This document shows, piece by piece, positions 52,188 through 61,813 of a stretch of 64,000 nucleotides of DNA; position 1 is the first letter of the stretch, and the number at the start of each line of letters is the position of its first letter. A program made the translations under genes and the position numbers. The stretch spans positions 384,001 to 448,000 of the forward strand of contig OZ223267.1 of NCBI GenBank assembly GCA_965140585.1. Reading direction: 5' to 3'. The notes beneath the pieces are model-generated. The model had not been told where the DNA came from and searched no databases. It worked only from the letters and a program-made list of their open reading frames with translations. The DNA is from Spirochaetia bacterium (GTDB lineage: Bacteria; Spirochaetota; Spirochaetia; UBA9216).

Positions 52188-54092
52188 TTACTTTCTCAGC
52201 AATTGAATATTTCCATCTATCTCAGTAATTCTCAGTTCAATCTTCTCGCCAGAGACGATACTTAAATCCAGTCTTGTTCTGGATCCCCATCTTGATGCTT
52301 CAAACCTGTAGCGTCCCGGAGCCAGGTTCATAATCCCGGGAATGCTGTCATGCAGATTCCATGCTTCCATCCTTGTCACAGGACTTCCGCTGCTGTTATC
52401 TTCCAGATATAAATCAATCCATGATGTCCCGTTCACCGTCAAATCAATATTCTCATTACCTGTATCAAGACTAATAAGAGCCGGTTCCGGCAGGAGTACC
52501 GCTTCAATCTTCAAATCCCTGATTTCTTCTCCCAGAAAAAGGGAATAATCCTGTCCTATATATCCGTCAGCCGTCAGTCTGAAAAGATGAACATCTCCCG
52601 ATTCGATATTTGTTATATCTGAAAATGGAATGAACCCCCGGTTGGTTTTCATGCTTATCTGCGTATCAGGACCGATATCTTTCCCGCTCACTGCATCTCT
52701 GATGTCGAGAGCTACTGACAGTTCTGATGGCGCCGGCTCAGGAATACTGAAGGTTTTTACAGTTTCAGGATAAATATCCGATCCGCTGTGAAGCCTTTTC
52801 TGTTCTCTACCGGCCGGGAGATATACCGAGCCCCAGAAGATATCGGGACCGCAGGTAATTTTAATTCGGTATATCCCTGTTTTCAGATACAGGGGCAGCG
52901 TTGAGAATGTAGAACCTGTGTTTTCAGAATTTATAAACTTAGGAATCTTAAAAATTGACGGTTTTACCACAAGCGGAATTTCAGCGTTTTTTTCCGAAAA
53001 AACAGCGGCTGAAACCGGCAGATTATGAAAGTAACCTGCATTTTCGGGTAATGAAAAAGTTATCCTTAGTCTGCCGTCTGTACTTCCTTTAAAAAGGGGA
53101 TGAAATACCGTACTCTTAATTCCTGCAGTGAACAGAATAGCAACTGCCGCCATAGCAATGACGGATCGAGTGACTATTCTTATCAGGTTTTTCCTGGGTT
53201 TTAGAAGCTGCTCATTTTCTTCCAGACGTACCATAGAGCCTAGTTTTTCGCGAATAGCTTCTTTCTCGTAGTATTTGAGCAGCTTTTCGGTTCTTTTAAT
53301 TATCTGCTCTACCGTTTGATACCTTCCTTTCGGAGAGGTCTTCATACAGCCTCTGATAATTCTTACAAGCTGCCTCGATATTTCGGGAACATATTTTCTC
53401 GGGTTCCGGTATATTCCTTTCTGCTTTGCATGTATCAGTTCCGGAGAGAAACCGCCGGTAAAGGGCTGTTTTCCTGTGAGCATCTCGTATGCCATTACCC
53501 CCAGAGCATAAATATCAGCCCTTGCGTCTACATTCCTTGAATTTTGAAATTGTTCGGGAGCCATATAGGACGGTGTGCCCAGTGTCATCCCTTCACGGGT
53601 CAGTCCTGAATCTACATCTTCGGTCGATGCCGCAATTCCAAAGTCTGCGAGCTTGATTGCACCGTCTCTTGAAAGCAGCAGATTGGCGGGTTTTATATCC
53701 CTGTGTACTACGCCGCGCTTATGCGCATAACCAAGTGCCCTGGCACAGTGCAGCAGGATATATGCCGCCGTAACTGAATCAAGGTATCTGTGTTCTTTGA
53801 TAAGTCCTTCAAGAGAAGTTCCCTCAACATATTCCATGACAATGAAGTAAGAACTGCCCTCCTTGAAATGATCGAATACCGTGACAATATCATCATGTCT
53901 AAAATCCATCAGAATTCTGGCTTCGCGCTTAAAGCGTTCGGAGAAGGCCGATTTTCCACGAAGGGTAAGTTTTTTAAGGATTACGGGTCTGTTAAGAGTA
54001 GGGTGCATGGCTTTGTAAACCGCGCCCATACCGCCCTTGGCAATAAGGTCAACCTCGCCGTATTTATCAATCTTCTCAGGCTCTTTTCCCAT
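52188..54092 (-). CDS. Hanks-type Ser/Thr protein kinase, single TM, extracytoplasmic beta-rich (PEGA-like) region
   Basis: GGMGAVYKA, HRDIKPAN, DFG, GTPSYMAPE and DIYALG motifs; TM SVIAMAAVAILFTAGI. Confidence 0.93.
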   Translation of the reverse strand: MGKEPEKIDKYGEVDLIAKGGMGAVYKAMHPTLNRPVILKKLTLRGKSAFSERFKREARILMDFRHDDIVTVFDHFKEGSSYFIVMEYVEGTSLEGLIKEHRYLDSVTAAYILLHCARALGYAHKRGVVHRDIKPANLLLSRDGAIKLADFGIAASTEDVDSGLTREGMTLGTPSYMAPEQFQNSRNVDARADIYALGVMAYEMLTGKQPFTGGFSPELIHAKQKGIYRNPRKYVPEISRQLVRIIRGCMKTSPKGRYQTVEQIIKRTEKLLKYYEKEAIREKLGSMVRLEENEQLLKPRKNLIRIVTRSVIAMAAVAILFTAGIKSTVFHPLFKGSTDGRLRITFSLPENAGYFHNLPVSAAVFSEKNAEIPLVVKPSIFKIPKFINSENTGSTFSTLPLYLKTGIYRIKITCGPDIFWGSVYLPAGREQKRLHSGSDIYPETVKTFSIPEPAPSELSVALDIRDAVSGKDIGPDTQISMKTNRGFIPFSDITNIESGDVHLFRLTADGYIGQDYSLFLGEEIRDLKIEAVLLPEPALISLDTGNENIDLTVNGTSWIDLYLEDNSSGSPVTRMEAWNLHDSIPGIMNLAPGRYRFEASRWGSRTRLDLSIVSGEKIELRITEIDGNIQLLRK

Positions 54093-54112
54093 AAATAGTT
54101 CTGTTCCTTATA

Positions 54113-55117
54113 TTAAATTCTGCTGATTCGGATAATCTGCTTGTGGGGAATAAAGTCTTCGCCCCTGAATACAACAGCCGCTATTTCCTCTGATGGATGA
54201 TTAATCTGTATATACCTGTCTGAAGCCCGAAGCGCATACAGACCGTTTACCGGCCTGTGTCCGCCGAAGCATAATGCTGTCGGATTTTCCGGAAAAAGAT
54301 TATCAAGTGTCTGTTCAACACTCCCTTCCTCTGCAGCTTCATTATCAGTCCAGGTCAGGCCGTAAAGAACCTCATCATCTTCGTAAGCATTTATCAATTC
54401 GTCGCGGCTGAAAGTGCGTACAGGTTCCGCATGTGTAACCAGAAACCTCTCACCGACAGCCGTAAGCGGTAGTGCTTTTTCATAGTCATAAATCAGATCG
54501 AAGCATTCTTTTCCAAGAAACTTCTCTGTCCATACTTTTACCATTTCACCTTCATTAACAAACTTTCTAAAAGGGTAGTTCCCTTCGCCCATCTCATTGG
54601 CGATATTCTCATGGTTTCCTTTAAGGAAAAAAAAGTTTTCCGGAAAACTCTGAAGCAGTACCAGAATCATCTGCAGCAGCCTCAGATTGTCGGACATCTC
54701 CTGATCCATGGACCCATGTTTAACAAAACCTTCCATAAATTCTACATAAGCCAGGGACCATCTGCCTCTGACTCTTGCTTCACCATGAAAGGCGTCTCCT
54801 ACACAGACTACATTAGCTGTGCCCTGGGCGAGCATCCGAAGAAACGAATCCCCTTTTACAAGCGGTATTGTAAGTGCATTGTACAGGAAATCACGTCTTC
54901 CATGAAGATCCGGAATAATTAATGTGGGCATCTCCGGTTTAAGAGAGATAAGGCTTCCCGGCTCTCCGGATGAGGCGGTGGGGCGAATTTCATCAGATAG
55001 TCCCTTGAGACTGTCTATTGTTTTTCTGAGTTCTGTGGCAAGTGCCGCACCCTTGGGGGTGGAGGCACTGTCACGTAATCGAGCTAATAATGAACTGACA
55101 ACTTTAAAGGTATTCAT
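54113..55117 (-). CDS. Calcineurin-like (PPP-type) metallophosphoesterase
   Basis: DLHG, GDAFH, KGNHE, THA and GGH motifs. Confidence 0.85.
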   Translation of the reverse strand: MNTFKVVSSLLARLRDSASTPKGAALATELRKTIDSLKGLSDEIRPTASSGEPGSLISLKPEMPTLIIPDLHGRRDFLYNALTIPLVKGDSFLRMLAQGTANVVCVGDAFHGEARVRGRWSLAYVEFMEGFVKHGSMDQEMSDNLRLLQMILVLLQSFPENFFFLKGNHENIANEMGEGNYPFRKFVNEGEMVKVWTEKFLGKECFDLIYDYEKALPLTAVGERFLVTHAEPVRTFSRDELINAYEDDEVLYGLTWTDNEAAEEGSVEQTLDNLFPENPTALCFGGHRPVNGLYALRASDRYIQINHPSEEIAAVVFRGEDFIPHKQIIRISRI

Positions 55118-55127
55118 CAGTTAAGAA

Positions 55128-55664
55128 TTATTCTCCGGCAATAATTGTTCTATTTACTTCAGTAAAATCTTCGGCAAGTATCTGTGTAACTTCAGCCAGC
55201 TGTTCTTCTTCATCTTCGGCTTCTAGCTCATCAGAGAATACTGCCATCTTATATATCGGCGAACTGCTCTTAACAGGACCGGATTTAAATTTTACTGATT
55301 CACCGGCCTGTACCATTGCATCAAGAACTGCATCTTCCGATTCTGCAAACTCTGGAACATCTTCCCTCATTCCGATGCTTGCATATGTTGCTGTTCTTTT
55401 GCCGTCTACAATTGGCCCTACAGAAAGAAGTGAACCTGAATAGGTAAGCAGAAGAACGCCGCCGTTTTCATCGTAGGGATCGAATTCGTCGACCATTTCC
55501 ATTTTTCTTACCAGGATCTGATGAACAAAGGCATCTTCTTTTTCTTTCCATGCTCTTGCCAGTGTTTCAAGAGCTTCACCGTCATCTTCAATTTTTACCG
55601 ATTTCCTAAGACTGCTGATATGATCAGCAACTTTCGGATCCAATTCATCAAAATATTCTGCCAT
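55128..55664 (-). CDS. Acidic hypothetical protein; standalone paralog of the N-terminal domain of 55793-56656
   Basis: GGAGG RBS; shares LTxSGSLxS, YxSIxxRxDVP and GxVxx[ST]SP[IV]xx[MI]AV with the divergent gene. Confidence 0.85.
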   Translation of the reverse strand: MAEYFDELDPKVADHISSLRKSVKIEDDGEALETLARAWKEKEDAFVHQILVRKMEMVDEFDPYDENGGVLLLTYSGSLLSVGPIVDGKRTATYASIGMREDVPEFAESEDAVLDAMVQAGESVKFKSGPVKSSSPIYKMAVFSDELEAEDEEEQLAEVTQILAEDFTEVNRTIIAGE

Positions 55665-55700
55665 TTTGCATCCTCCATCCTCGTTAATTTATACCGGTTT

Positions 55701-55749
55701 TCCAGAAAATTCCAAAAAAATCGGAAAAATTTGAAAAATGTTGTATAAT
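55701..55749. promoter_or_regulatory. Divergent promoter region with four 10-bp-phased A-tract repeats and a TATAAT
   Basis: TCCAGAAAAT TCCAAAAAAA TCGGAAAAAT TTGAAAAATG, then TATAAT at 55744-55749. Confidence 0.5.
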
Positions 55750-55792
55750 TAAGCTGTACAAAGCCTAATACATATGGAAAACAGGAGGCAGT

Positions 55793-56656
55793 ATGGCTTT
55801 TAATAAATTACCTGCGGATATACAGAAACACATCACCGGACTCGTAAAACTTATTCCGGATGCCGGGGAGGATACGCTGGAGTTGTACTCTGACGTATGG
55901 ATGGAAAAGGACAGGATGTTCAGGAGCCAGATGTCCTCAGTCGGCATGAAGCTGGTTGAGACTGCAGATCCCGGAGAGGGAAACGGAATCCTTGCCCTGA
56001 CCAATTCCGGTTCACTTGTAAGTCTGAGCCCCGGAAAAGAAGAGCGGGTTCTTGAATATTCAAGTATTAAACTGCGAACAGATGTCCCGGATATAATTAT
56101 AGATAAAATATCGAAGCTCCCGGAATCTATCAAAAACGGAATGCCTGTGGTTTTTCCTGAGGGCCGGGTAAGCAGAACCAGCCCGGTGCATCTGATAGCA
56201 GTCTGTACTTCAGAGGTTCCGCAGGAAGAGCAGTACAAGCGAGTCAGGGAAGCCACAATCTTTTTAACCAACGGATTTATGAAACTTAACCGCAGCCTTC
56301 ATCTTGATCCTGCAAATGTTCCGGATCAGTACACTATGAAAAGCATGGTCAGGTATGTAGCTAAAAAGAACAGTATGACCGCCGGAGATGTGAAGACTGT
56401 AATTGATGACTTTCTGTATCTCATCGAAACAGGCTTAACACTTGGTGAAACTGTACCGCTGGGAAGAATAGGACGGTTCAGTGCTAAGAAAAAGGATGCT
56501 CAGAAGGCAAGAATCGTAAGACATCCGGCTACCGGTGAAGAGATTACAGTAGAAGCCAAACCATCAATTGTAGTGCCCAAAATATCTTTCTCCAGCTATC
56601 TTAAGGAACAGCTTGCCGAGCTGCCGGCATCAGAGAATGATACGATAGAACGCTGA
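55793..56656 (+). CDS. Fusion of an unknown N-terminal domain with a C-terminal HU/IHF DNA-binding domain
   Basis: C-terminal GETVPLGRIGRF..K..QKARIVRHPATGEEITVEAKP..VPKISFSSYLKE matches the HU/IHF signature; AGGAGG RBS. Confidence 0.85.
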   Translation: MAFNKLPADIQKHITGLVKLIPDAGEDTLELYSDVWMEKDRMFRSQMSSVGMKLVETADPGEGNGILALTNSGSLVSLSPGKEERVLEYSSIKLRTDVPDIIIDKISKLPESIKNGMPVVFPEGRVSRTSPVHLIAVCTSEVPQEEQYKRVREATIFLTNGFMKLNRSLHLDPANVPDQYTMKSMVRYVAKKNSMTAGDVKTVIDDFLYLIETGLTLGETVPLGRIGRFSAKKKDAQKARIVRHPATGEEITVEAKPSIVVPKISFSSYLKEQLAELPASENDTIER

Positions 56657-56688
56657 CTTTTTTTTAAGAACAGTTTATTCTACAGTAT

Positions 56689-58857
56689 ATGAGCAGTCCA
56701 TTTCTTTCAGCATCAGAGAAAAACCGTGGTCTTAAGCACCATTACCGTCACCAGCTGTTAAACGGCATCGGATTTAACTTTCTGGGTGATACGCCTGTAT
56801 ACCTCCTGGCTTTATATTTCGGGGCAAGCAATACAGAGCTTGGATTTATAAGTTCGGTTCTATATGTTGCAGGTATTCTTCTTTCAATTACCCCAAGGCT
56901 GCTTGCCGGTAAAGATATTGTAAAAATTCAGTATCTTGCATGGCTTATTCGCGGATTTCTCTGTCTTTCCTACGCCGCCCTGTTTTTCTTACAGGGACGA
57001 GCGGCTGTATGGCTGATTCTGATAACATATACGCTTTTCTGCTCATCGCGAATCGTGGGAGCATCTATGTATCAGCCGCTGATCAGGATGATTTCCACAA
57101 CCCGCAACCGGGGCAATGTTCTTGCCGGATCTTCGCTTAGATTTCAGATTTCGGCCACTCTTTCAAAGGTAATAAGTTTTGCAGTTACATCACTAAAGCA
57201 GCTGGGCGGAGTGTCCGGAATCCTTTTTATGACTCTTGGCGGTGTGATCATTAATACATTAGCCGCGCTTGAGATAAAAAAAATTCCCTGTAGGGAGAAA
57301 GTCAGATATAAAAAAGGAAGAAATGTATTTGTTATCTTTCTTGAATCTGTGAAAGTAAAAAATCTGCGGCAGCGAATACTTCTTTCAATAATCAACGCAG
57401 GGCTGATAGTAATTTTCGGGTTTGCTGTTCCGTTTCTGCGTAATGATGCCGGGTTTTCAAACTCCGAAGTCTTTCTAGTGACAGTGACCGCCGGGGTTGC
57501 TACCATTGCTTCTGCATATTTTTCAAAGGGTTTTGCGGATCGCCTGGGCAGCCGTCCGCTTATAATCTGGGTAATTGTACTTCTTACAGCCGCGTCACTT
57601 CTCTGGGCTTTACTTCCGTATACTCCCTACAAGGCTGTCTATTATTTCGCTCTTTTTCTTTCAACGTTTTTTCTCAGAGCCAATGACCTTCTGGTAAACA
57701 GGCTTATTGTAGGAAGTATGCCGGAAAATGATTCGGTTGGTTTTTCAAGTATGCTGAATTTTTTTATAGCTTTCTTTGCCCTGATAATCGGTCTCACTGG
57801 CGGAAAGCTGGCGGATTTTTCCAAAAGCAGTGACTCTTTTGCGGCTGTAAATGGGTATTCCTTCACCTTTATTTTTGCGGCAGTACTCTGCCTGTTTTCT
57901 CTGTTTATTTCGCTCAGGATAAAAGAAAGCGGTTCTATTTCGCCAGCTGAAGCAGCTGCCATAATTTTTTCACCGTCAAACCTTTCGACATATCAGAGTA
58001 TTTCCAAACTCGATTCAACCGAAAACGCAATTCAGCGGAAGACACTTCTGATGAATATTGGTCTGAATAATTCCAAAATGGCAACGGATGAAATCCGAAA
58101 CATTTTATCCAGCCCTCTCTCTTCCGATAAAGGTGAACTTATTACTTCACTGTATACGAACCATAGGCCTATTCTTCTTCCTGAACTTCTGCATGAAGCT
58201 GAGGAACCTTATTCATATCACCGGTTGAAGGCTATATTTGCTCTGGGTGCATATCCCTCTGTTGAAACCCAGGAGCTGCTTTTAAGGCTGCTTGACGATC
58301 CGGATCCGGCTGTTGTTTCAAATGCAGCAAAATCTCTAGGCAGAATAGGCTGTACAACCGCTTATGATAAGGTAAAAAAACTTGCAGCATCTCCGACTAC
58401 GATCTGGAACACGCTCAATTTTATTATTGCCATGTATCATCTTGATACTGAGGGTGAATATCTGAATGATATCTTCTCGGAAGACAAAACAGTCAACGGG
58501 GATGCTTTTAACCAGACTGTGTACAGTCTTTATGCAAACCTGTATCAGATGGAGCCGCCGCTCTCAGTTATTTTCCAGGAGAGAAATATGATGAAGGGGC
58601 AGGGGCTTCGGGATTTCCTGGATGAGGCACGTGAAGAGGAGAAATTCCTTCATAATCATCGAAATTTTCTTGAGTGGTTCAGGGATGATGAACTCGAAAA
58701 TATCTGGAACCTCTGTAAAGATATTCTTCAGCCGAAGACTGTCCCTGACTATTATTCGGGCATAAAAAAAAGCATCATCAAATTCCCTTCCGACAAAGGA
58801 GCTTATGATGATGCTTTAGCAGCAGTATATTTTACATATCAGCTGCTTAAGATGTAG
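56689..58857 (+). CDS. MFS transporter with C-terminal HEAT repeats
   Basis: About 12 TM segments, ADRLGSRP MFS loop motif, HEAT-like RLKAIFALG...LLRLLDDPDPAVVSNAAKSLGRIG. Confidence 0.82.
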   Translation: MSSPFLSASEKNRGLKHHYRHQLLNGIGFNFLGDTPVYLLALYFGASNTELGFISSVLYVAGILLSITPRLLAGKDIVKIQYLAWLIRGFLCLSYAALFFLQGRAAVWLILITYTLFCSSRIVGASMYQPLIRMISTTRNRGNVLAGSSLRFQISATLSKVISFAVTSLKQLGGVSGILFMTLGGVIINTLAALEIKKIPCREKVRYKKGRNVFVIFLESVKVKNLRQRILLSIINAGLIVIFGFAVPFLRNDAGFSNSEVFLVTVTAGVATIASAYFSKGFADRLGSRPLIIWVIVLLTAASLLWALLPYTPYKAVYYFALFLSTFFLRANDLLVNRLIVGSMPENDSVGFSSMLNFFIAFFALIIGLTGGKLADFSKSSDSFAAVNGYSFTFIFAAVLCLFSLFISLRIKESGSISPAEAAAIIFSPSNLSTYQSISKLDSTENAIQRKTLLMNIGLNNSKMATDEIRNILSSPLSSDKGELITSLYTNHRPILLPELLHEAEEPYSYHRLKAIFALGAYPSVETQELLLRLLDDPDPAVVSNAAKSLGRIGCTTAYDKVKKLAASPTTIWNTLNFIIAMYHLDTEGEYLNDIFSEDKTVNGDAFNQTVYSLYANLYQMEPPLSVIFQERNMMKGQGLRDFLDEAREEEKFLHNHRNFLEWFRDDELENIWNLCKDILQPKTVPDYYSGIKKSIIKFPSDKGAYDDALAAVYFTYQLLKM

Positions 58858-58901
58858 CCCTGTTTTCAATTCAATCAGGCAACAGGATTTTTACATTCAA
58901 C

Positions 58902-58935
58902 TTTTTACAATTAACCTTTTTTTACAATTAACCTT
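58902..58935 (+). repeat. Perfect 17-bp tandem duplication
   Basis: TTTTTACAATTAACCTT x2 in an AT-rich intergenic region. Confidence 0.8.
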
Positions 58936-59124
58936 TTTCTTTGTTTTTAATTTCAATTTTTAAATTATCTTAACTTTTTTTGTTTTTCAAAAATAATGTC
59001 TTATTTTCTAATAGAATTAGCACATATACAAGAAAAATGCTTACTTTTGGCATACCACTTTGGTGGTATATGTTAGTTTAGAGTCCTGATACTCATAAAA
59101 TATTAAAAGATGTTAAGTTTATAA

Positions 59125-59166
59125 TTGACTATTGATTAAGCTGTCCTTATATTTAAGTAAACTTAA
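59125..59166 (+). promoter_or_regulatory. Sigma70-type promoter with overlapping putative MarR operator
   Basis: TTGACT-N17-TATATT (59125-59153) and palindrome TTAAGT-AA-ACTTAA (59153-59166) over the predicted +1. Confidence 0.65.
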
Positions 59167-59189
59167 CTATTTGGACGGCTAACAGATCT

Positions 59190-59639
59190 ATGAATAAGCA
59201 GACAGAACTAAATACCGCACTTCAGAGACTAACAAGGATAAGCATGCAGAATTCAATGCGTGGGTTTATGTCAATGTCAAAAAAACTGAATTTATCAATG
59301 TCCCAGATAGGCGCAATGATGCATATAAACAGATGCAGGAGCTGCGGGGTTTCAAATATTGGCGAAGAACTGGGAATAACCAATGCAGCAAGCAGTCAGT
59401 TACTGGAAAGGCTTGTTCAAAACGGGTACATAATCAGGGTAGAGAATCCTGATGACAGAAGGGCAAAAAAAATAGAACTGACCGAAAAGGGAACAAAACT
59501 AATAAAACAGGGTAATCGGATTCGTTACGATTGGATAAGCGGCCTGACAGAAAGCTTTTCCGAAGATGAATTGGATGCTGTTTTAAATGGAGTGAATATA
59601 TTGGTAAGAAAAGCAAATGAAATGGAGTATGCAGAATGA
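59190..59639 (+). CDS. MarR family regulator
   Basis: LSMSQ...IGEELGITNAASSQLLERLVQNGYIIR..NPDDRRAKKIELTEKG. Confidence 0.92.
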   Translation: MNKQTELNTALQRLTRISMQNSMRGFMSMSKKLNLSMSQIGAMMHINRCRSCGVSNIGEELGITNAASSQLLERLVQNGYIIRVENPDDRRAKKIELTEKGTKLIKQGNRIRYDWISGLTESFSEDELDAVLNGVNILVRKANEMEYAE

Positions 59640-61813
59640 TCTTAAAACTTGGTAAATACTTAAAGCCATACCTCCCGGCAGTACTGTTTTCAATACTGCT
59701 TCTATTTATTCAGGCTAACGCAGATCTTGCTCTACCTGACTATATGTCAAAAATTGTTAATACAGGTATCCAGCAGGGCGGCATAGACAGCTCGGTCCCT
59801 GTAGCAATGAGTGAAGATGGCATGTCGTTATTGAAGCTTTTTATGACTGATGAGGATATTGGAACAGTAGAGTCGGCATATGTGAAAACTGAGGTTAATA
59901 CCGATGTCCTCATTGAAACTTATCCGGCAGCTGAGAGCGAAAATATCTACCTGTTGAGATCGGTTGATGAGACATTGCTTGATGAATTAAGCCATCTTAT
60001 GGCTCCGGCGCTGATAGCCGCAGGGAATATCGATAAAATGCCCATCCCTGAAGGGGCTGATCCTGCCGCTCTGCTTAGTGCCATGAGTTCAGAACAGCGT
60101 CTGATGATTCTTGAACAGATGACTTCATCAATACAGGCTATGTCGCCTACTATGATTGAACAGGCTGCCGTAAGTTCTGTAAAGGCAGAATATGATGCTC
60201 TGGGGATGGATACAGCTTCGATACAGCACAAATATATTCTTAGAATCGGAGGGCAGATGCTTCTGCTCACTCTTGTTGCCGCTTTTTGCACAATTATAGT
60301 CGGTTTTCTTGCTTCACGGGTTGCTGCCGGATTTTCCAGAGATCTGCGTTCAAGCATCTTTGAAAAGGTTGAAAATTTCTCAAGCCGTGAATTCGACAAG
60401 TTTTCGACAGCTTCTCTTATCACGCGAAGCACCAACGATATTACCCAGCTTCAGATGGTTATAGTCATGCTGATAAGAATGGTTTTCTATGCTCCGATTA
60501 TAGGAGTCGGCGGTATAATAAGGGCTATCGGAAAGAACTCCTCCATGTGGTGGGTTATCGCCTCTGCCGTAGGAGCACTCAGCCTTATAGTGATATTCAT
60601 GTATTTTGTGGCCATTCCCAAATTCAAGCTGATGCAGAAACTTGTAGACCGGCTTAACCTTGTCAGCCGTGAGGGGCTTTCGGGTATGCTTGTTATTCGT
60701 GCATTCAATATGCAGCCTCATGAGGAAAAACGGTTTGAGAAGGCAAACAGTGATCTCACTGATAATACTCTTTTTGTAAACCGTATTATGGTATTTATGA
60801 TGCCGCTGATGATGCTGATAATGAACGGACTCTCGCTTATAATCATCTGGGTCGGTGCTCACCAGATAGCAGACTCGGCAATGCAGGTCGGCGATATGAT
60901 GGCCTTCCTTCAGTATGCCATGCAGATAGTAATGTCCTTTCTGATGATGTCCATGATGTTCATCATGCTCCCCAGAGCTGCAGTTTCAGCTGTCAGAATA
61001 GCAGAGGTAATAGAAACTGAACCCACTATTAACGATCCGGAGAAACCGGAAAACTTTGACGATAATTTTAAACCGGAAATTGTTTTTGATAATGTTTCTT
61101 TTAAATATCCAGGAGCTCCCGAAAATGTACTTGATAAGATTAGTTTTACTGCAAAACCGGGACAGACTACAGCAGTTATCGGTGCAACAGGTTCAGGTAA
61201 ATCAACACTGGTTAACCTTATTCCCAGATTCTACGATGTTACCGAGGGTACAATAAAAATTGACGGGCTTGATATCCGTCATCTGACTCAGCATGATCTG
61301 CGCGATAAAATAGGTTTTGTTCCGCAGAAGTCAACACTGTTTTCAGGAACAGTAGAATCCAATTTGAAGTATGCAGATGAGAATGCCTCAGTTGACTTTG
61401 TGGCGGATGCTGCTGAAGTTGCCCAGGCTGCGGAGTTTATCAGTAAACTTGATGACGGATTTGATTCTCCCGTTTCCCAGGGAGGAAGTAATCTTTCCGG
61501 CGGTCAGAAACAGCGGTTGTCAATTGCAAGGGCGCTTGTAAAGAAGCCGCCTGTTTATATCTTTGACGACAGTTTCTCCGCACTTGACTACAAGACAGAC
61601 TCGGCGCTGAGGGAAGCTCTTGCATCACGCACCGAAAACAGCACTGTAATTATAGTTACACAGAGAGTTGCTACCGTAATGAGTGCAGACCAGATTATTG
61701 TTATGGAAGACGGCCGGGTTGAAGGCATAGGCACACACCGCGACCTGATGGAAAATTGTGAAACATACCGTGAAATTGCTACATCACAGCTGTCACTGGA
61801 GGAACTTCAATGA
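59636..61813 (+). CDS. Heterodimeric ABC exporter, subunit A (degenerate site) with large extracytoplasmic loop
   Basis: TMD plus NBD: GATGSGKST, LSGGQKQR, degenerate Walker B FDDSFSALD and Q-switch (VTQR). Confidence 0.92.
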   Translation: MILKLGKYLKPYLPAVLFSILLLFIQANADLALPDYMSKIVNTGIQQGGIDSSVPVAMSEDGMSLLKLFMTDEDIGTVESAYVKTEVNTDVLIETYPAAESENIYLLRSVDETLLDELSHLMAPALIAAGNIDKMPIPEGADPAALLSAMSSEQRLMILEQMTSSIQAMSPTMIEQAAVSSVKAEYDALGMDTASIQHKYILRIGGQMLLLTLVAAFCTIIVGFLASRVAAGFSRDLRSSIFEKVENFSSREFDKFSTASLITRSTNDITQLQMVIVMLIRMVFYAPIIGVGGIIRAIGKNSSMWWVIASAVGALSLIVIFMYFVAIPKFKLMQKLVDRLNLVSREGLSGMLVIRAFNMQPHEEKRFEKANSDLTDNTLFVNRIMVFMMPLMMLIMNGLSLIIIWVGAHQIADSAMQVGDMMAFLQYAMQIVMSFLMMSMMFIMLPRAAVSAVRIAEVIETEPTINDPEKPENFDDNFKPEIVFDNVSFKYPGAPENVLDKISFTAKPGQTTAVIGATGSGKSTLVNLIPRFYDVTEGTIKIDGLDIRHLTQHDLRDKIGFVPQKSTLFSGTVESNLKYADENASVDFVADAAEVAQAAEFISKLDDGFDSPVSQGGSNLSGGQKQRLSIARALVKKPPVYIFDDSFSALDYKTDSALREALASRTENSTVIIVTQRVATVMSADQIIVMEDGRVEGIGTHRDLMENCETYREIATSQLSLEELQ

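Noticed and set aside
49893-55117. Type VI secretion-associated PpkA/PppA/Fha module
   Set aside because: No T6SS structural genes are in the window, and the phosphatase is PPP-type rather than PP2C.
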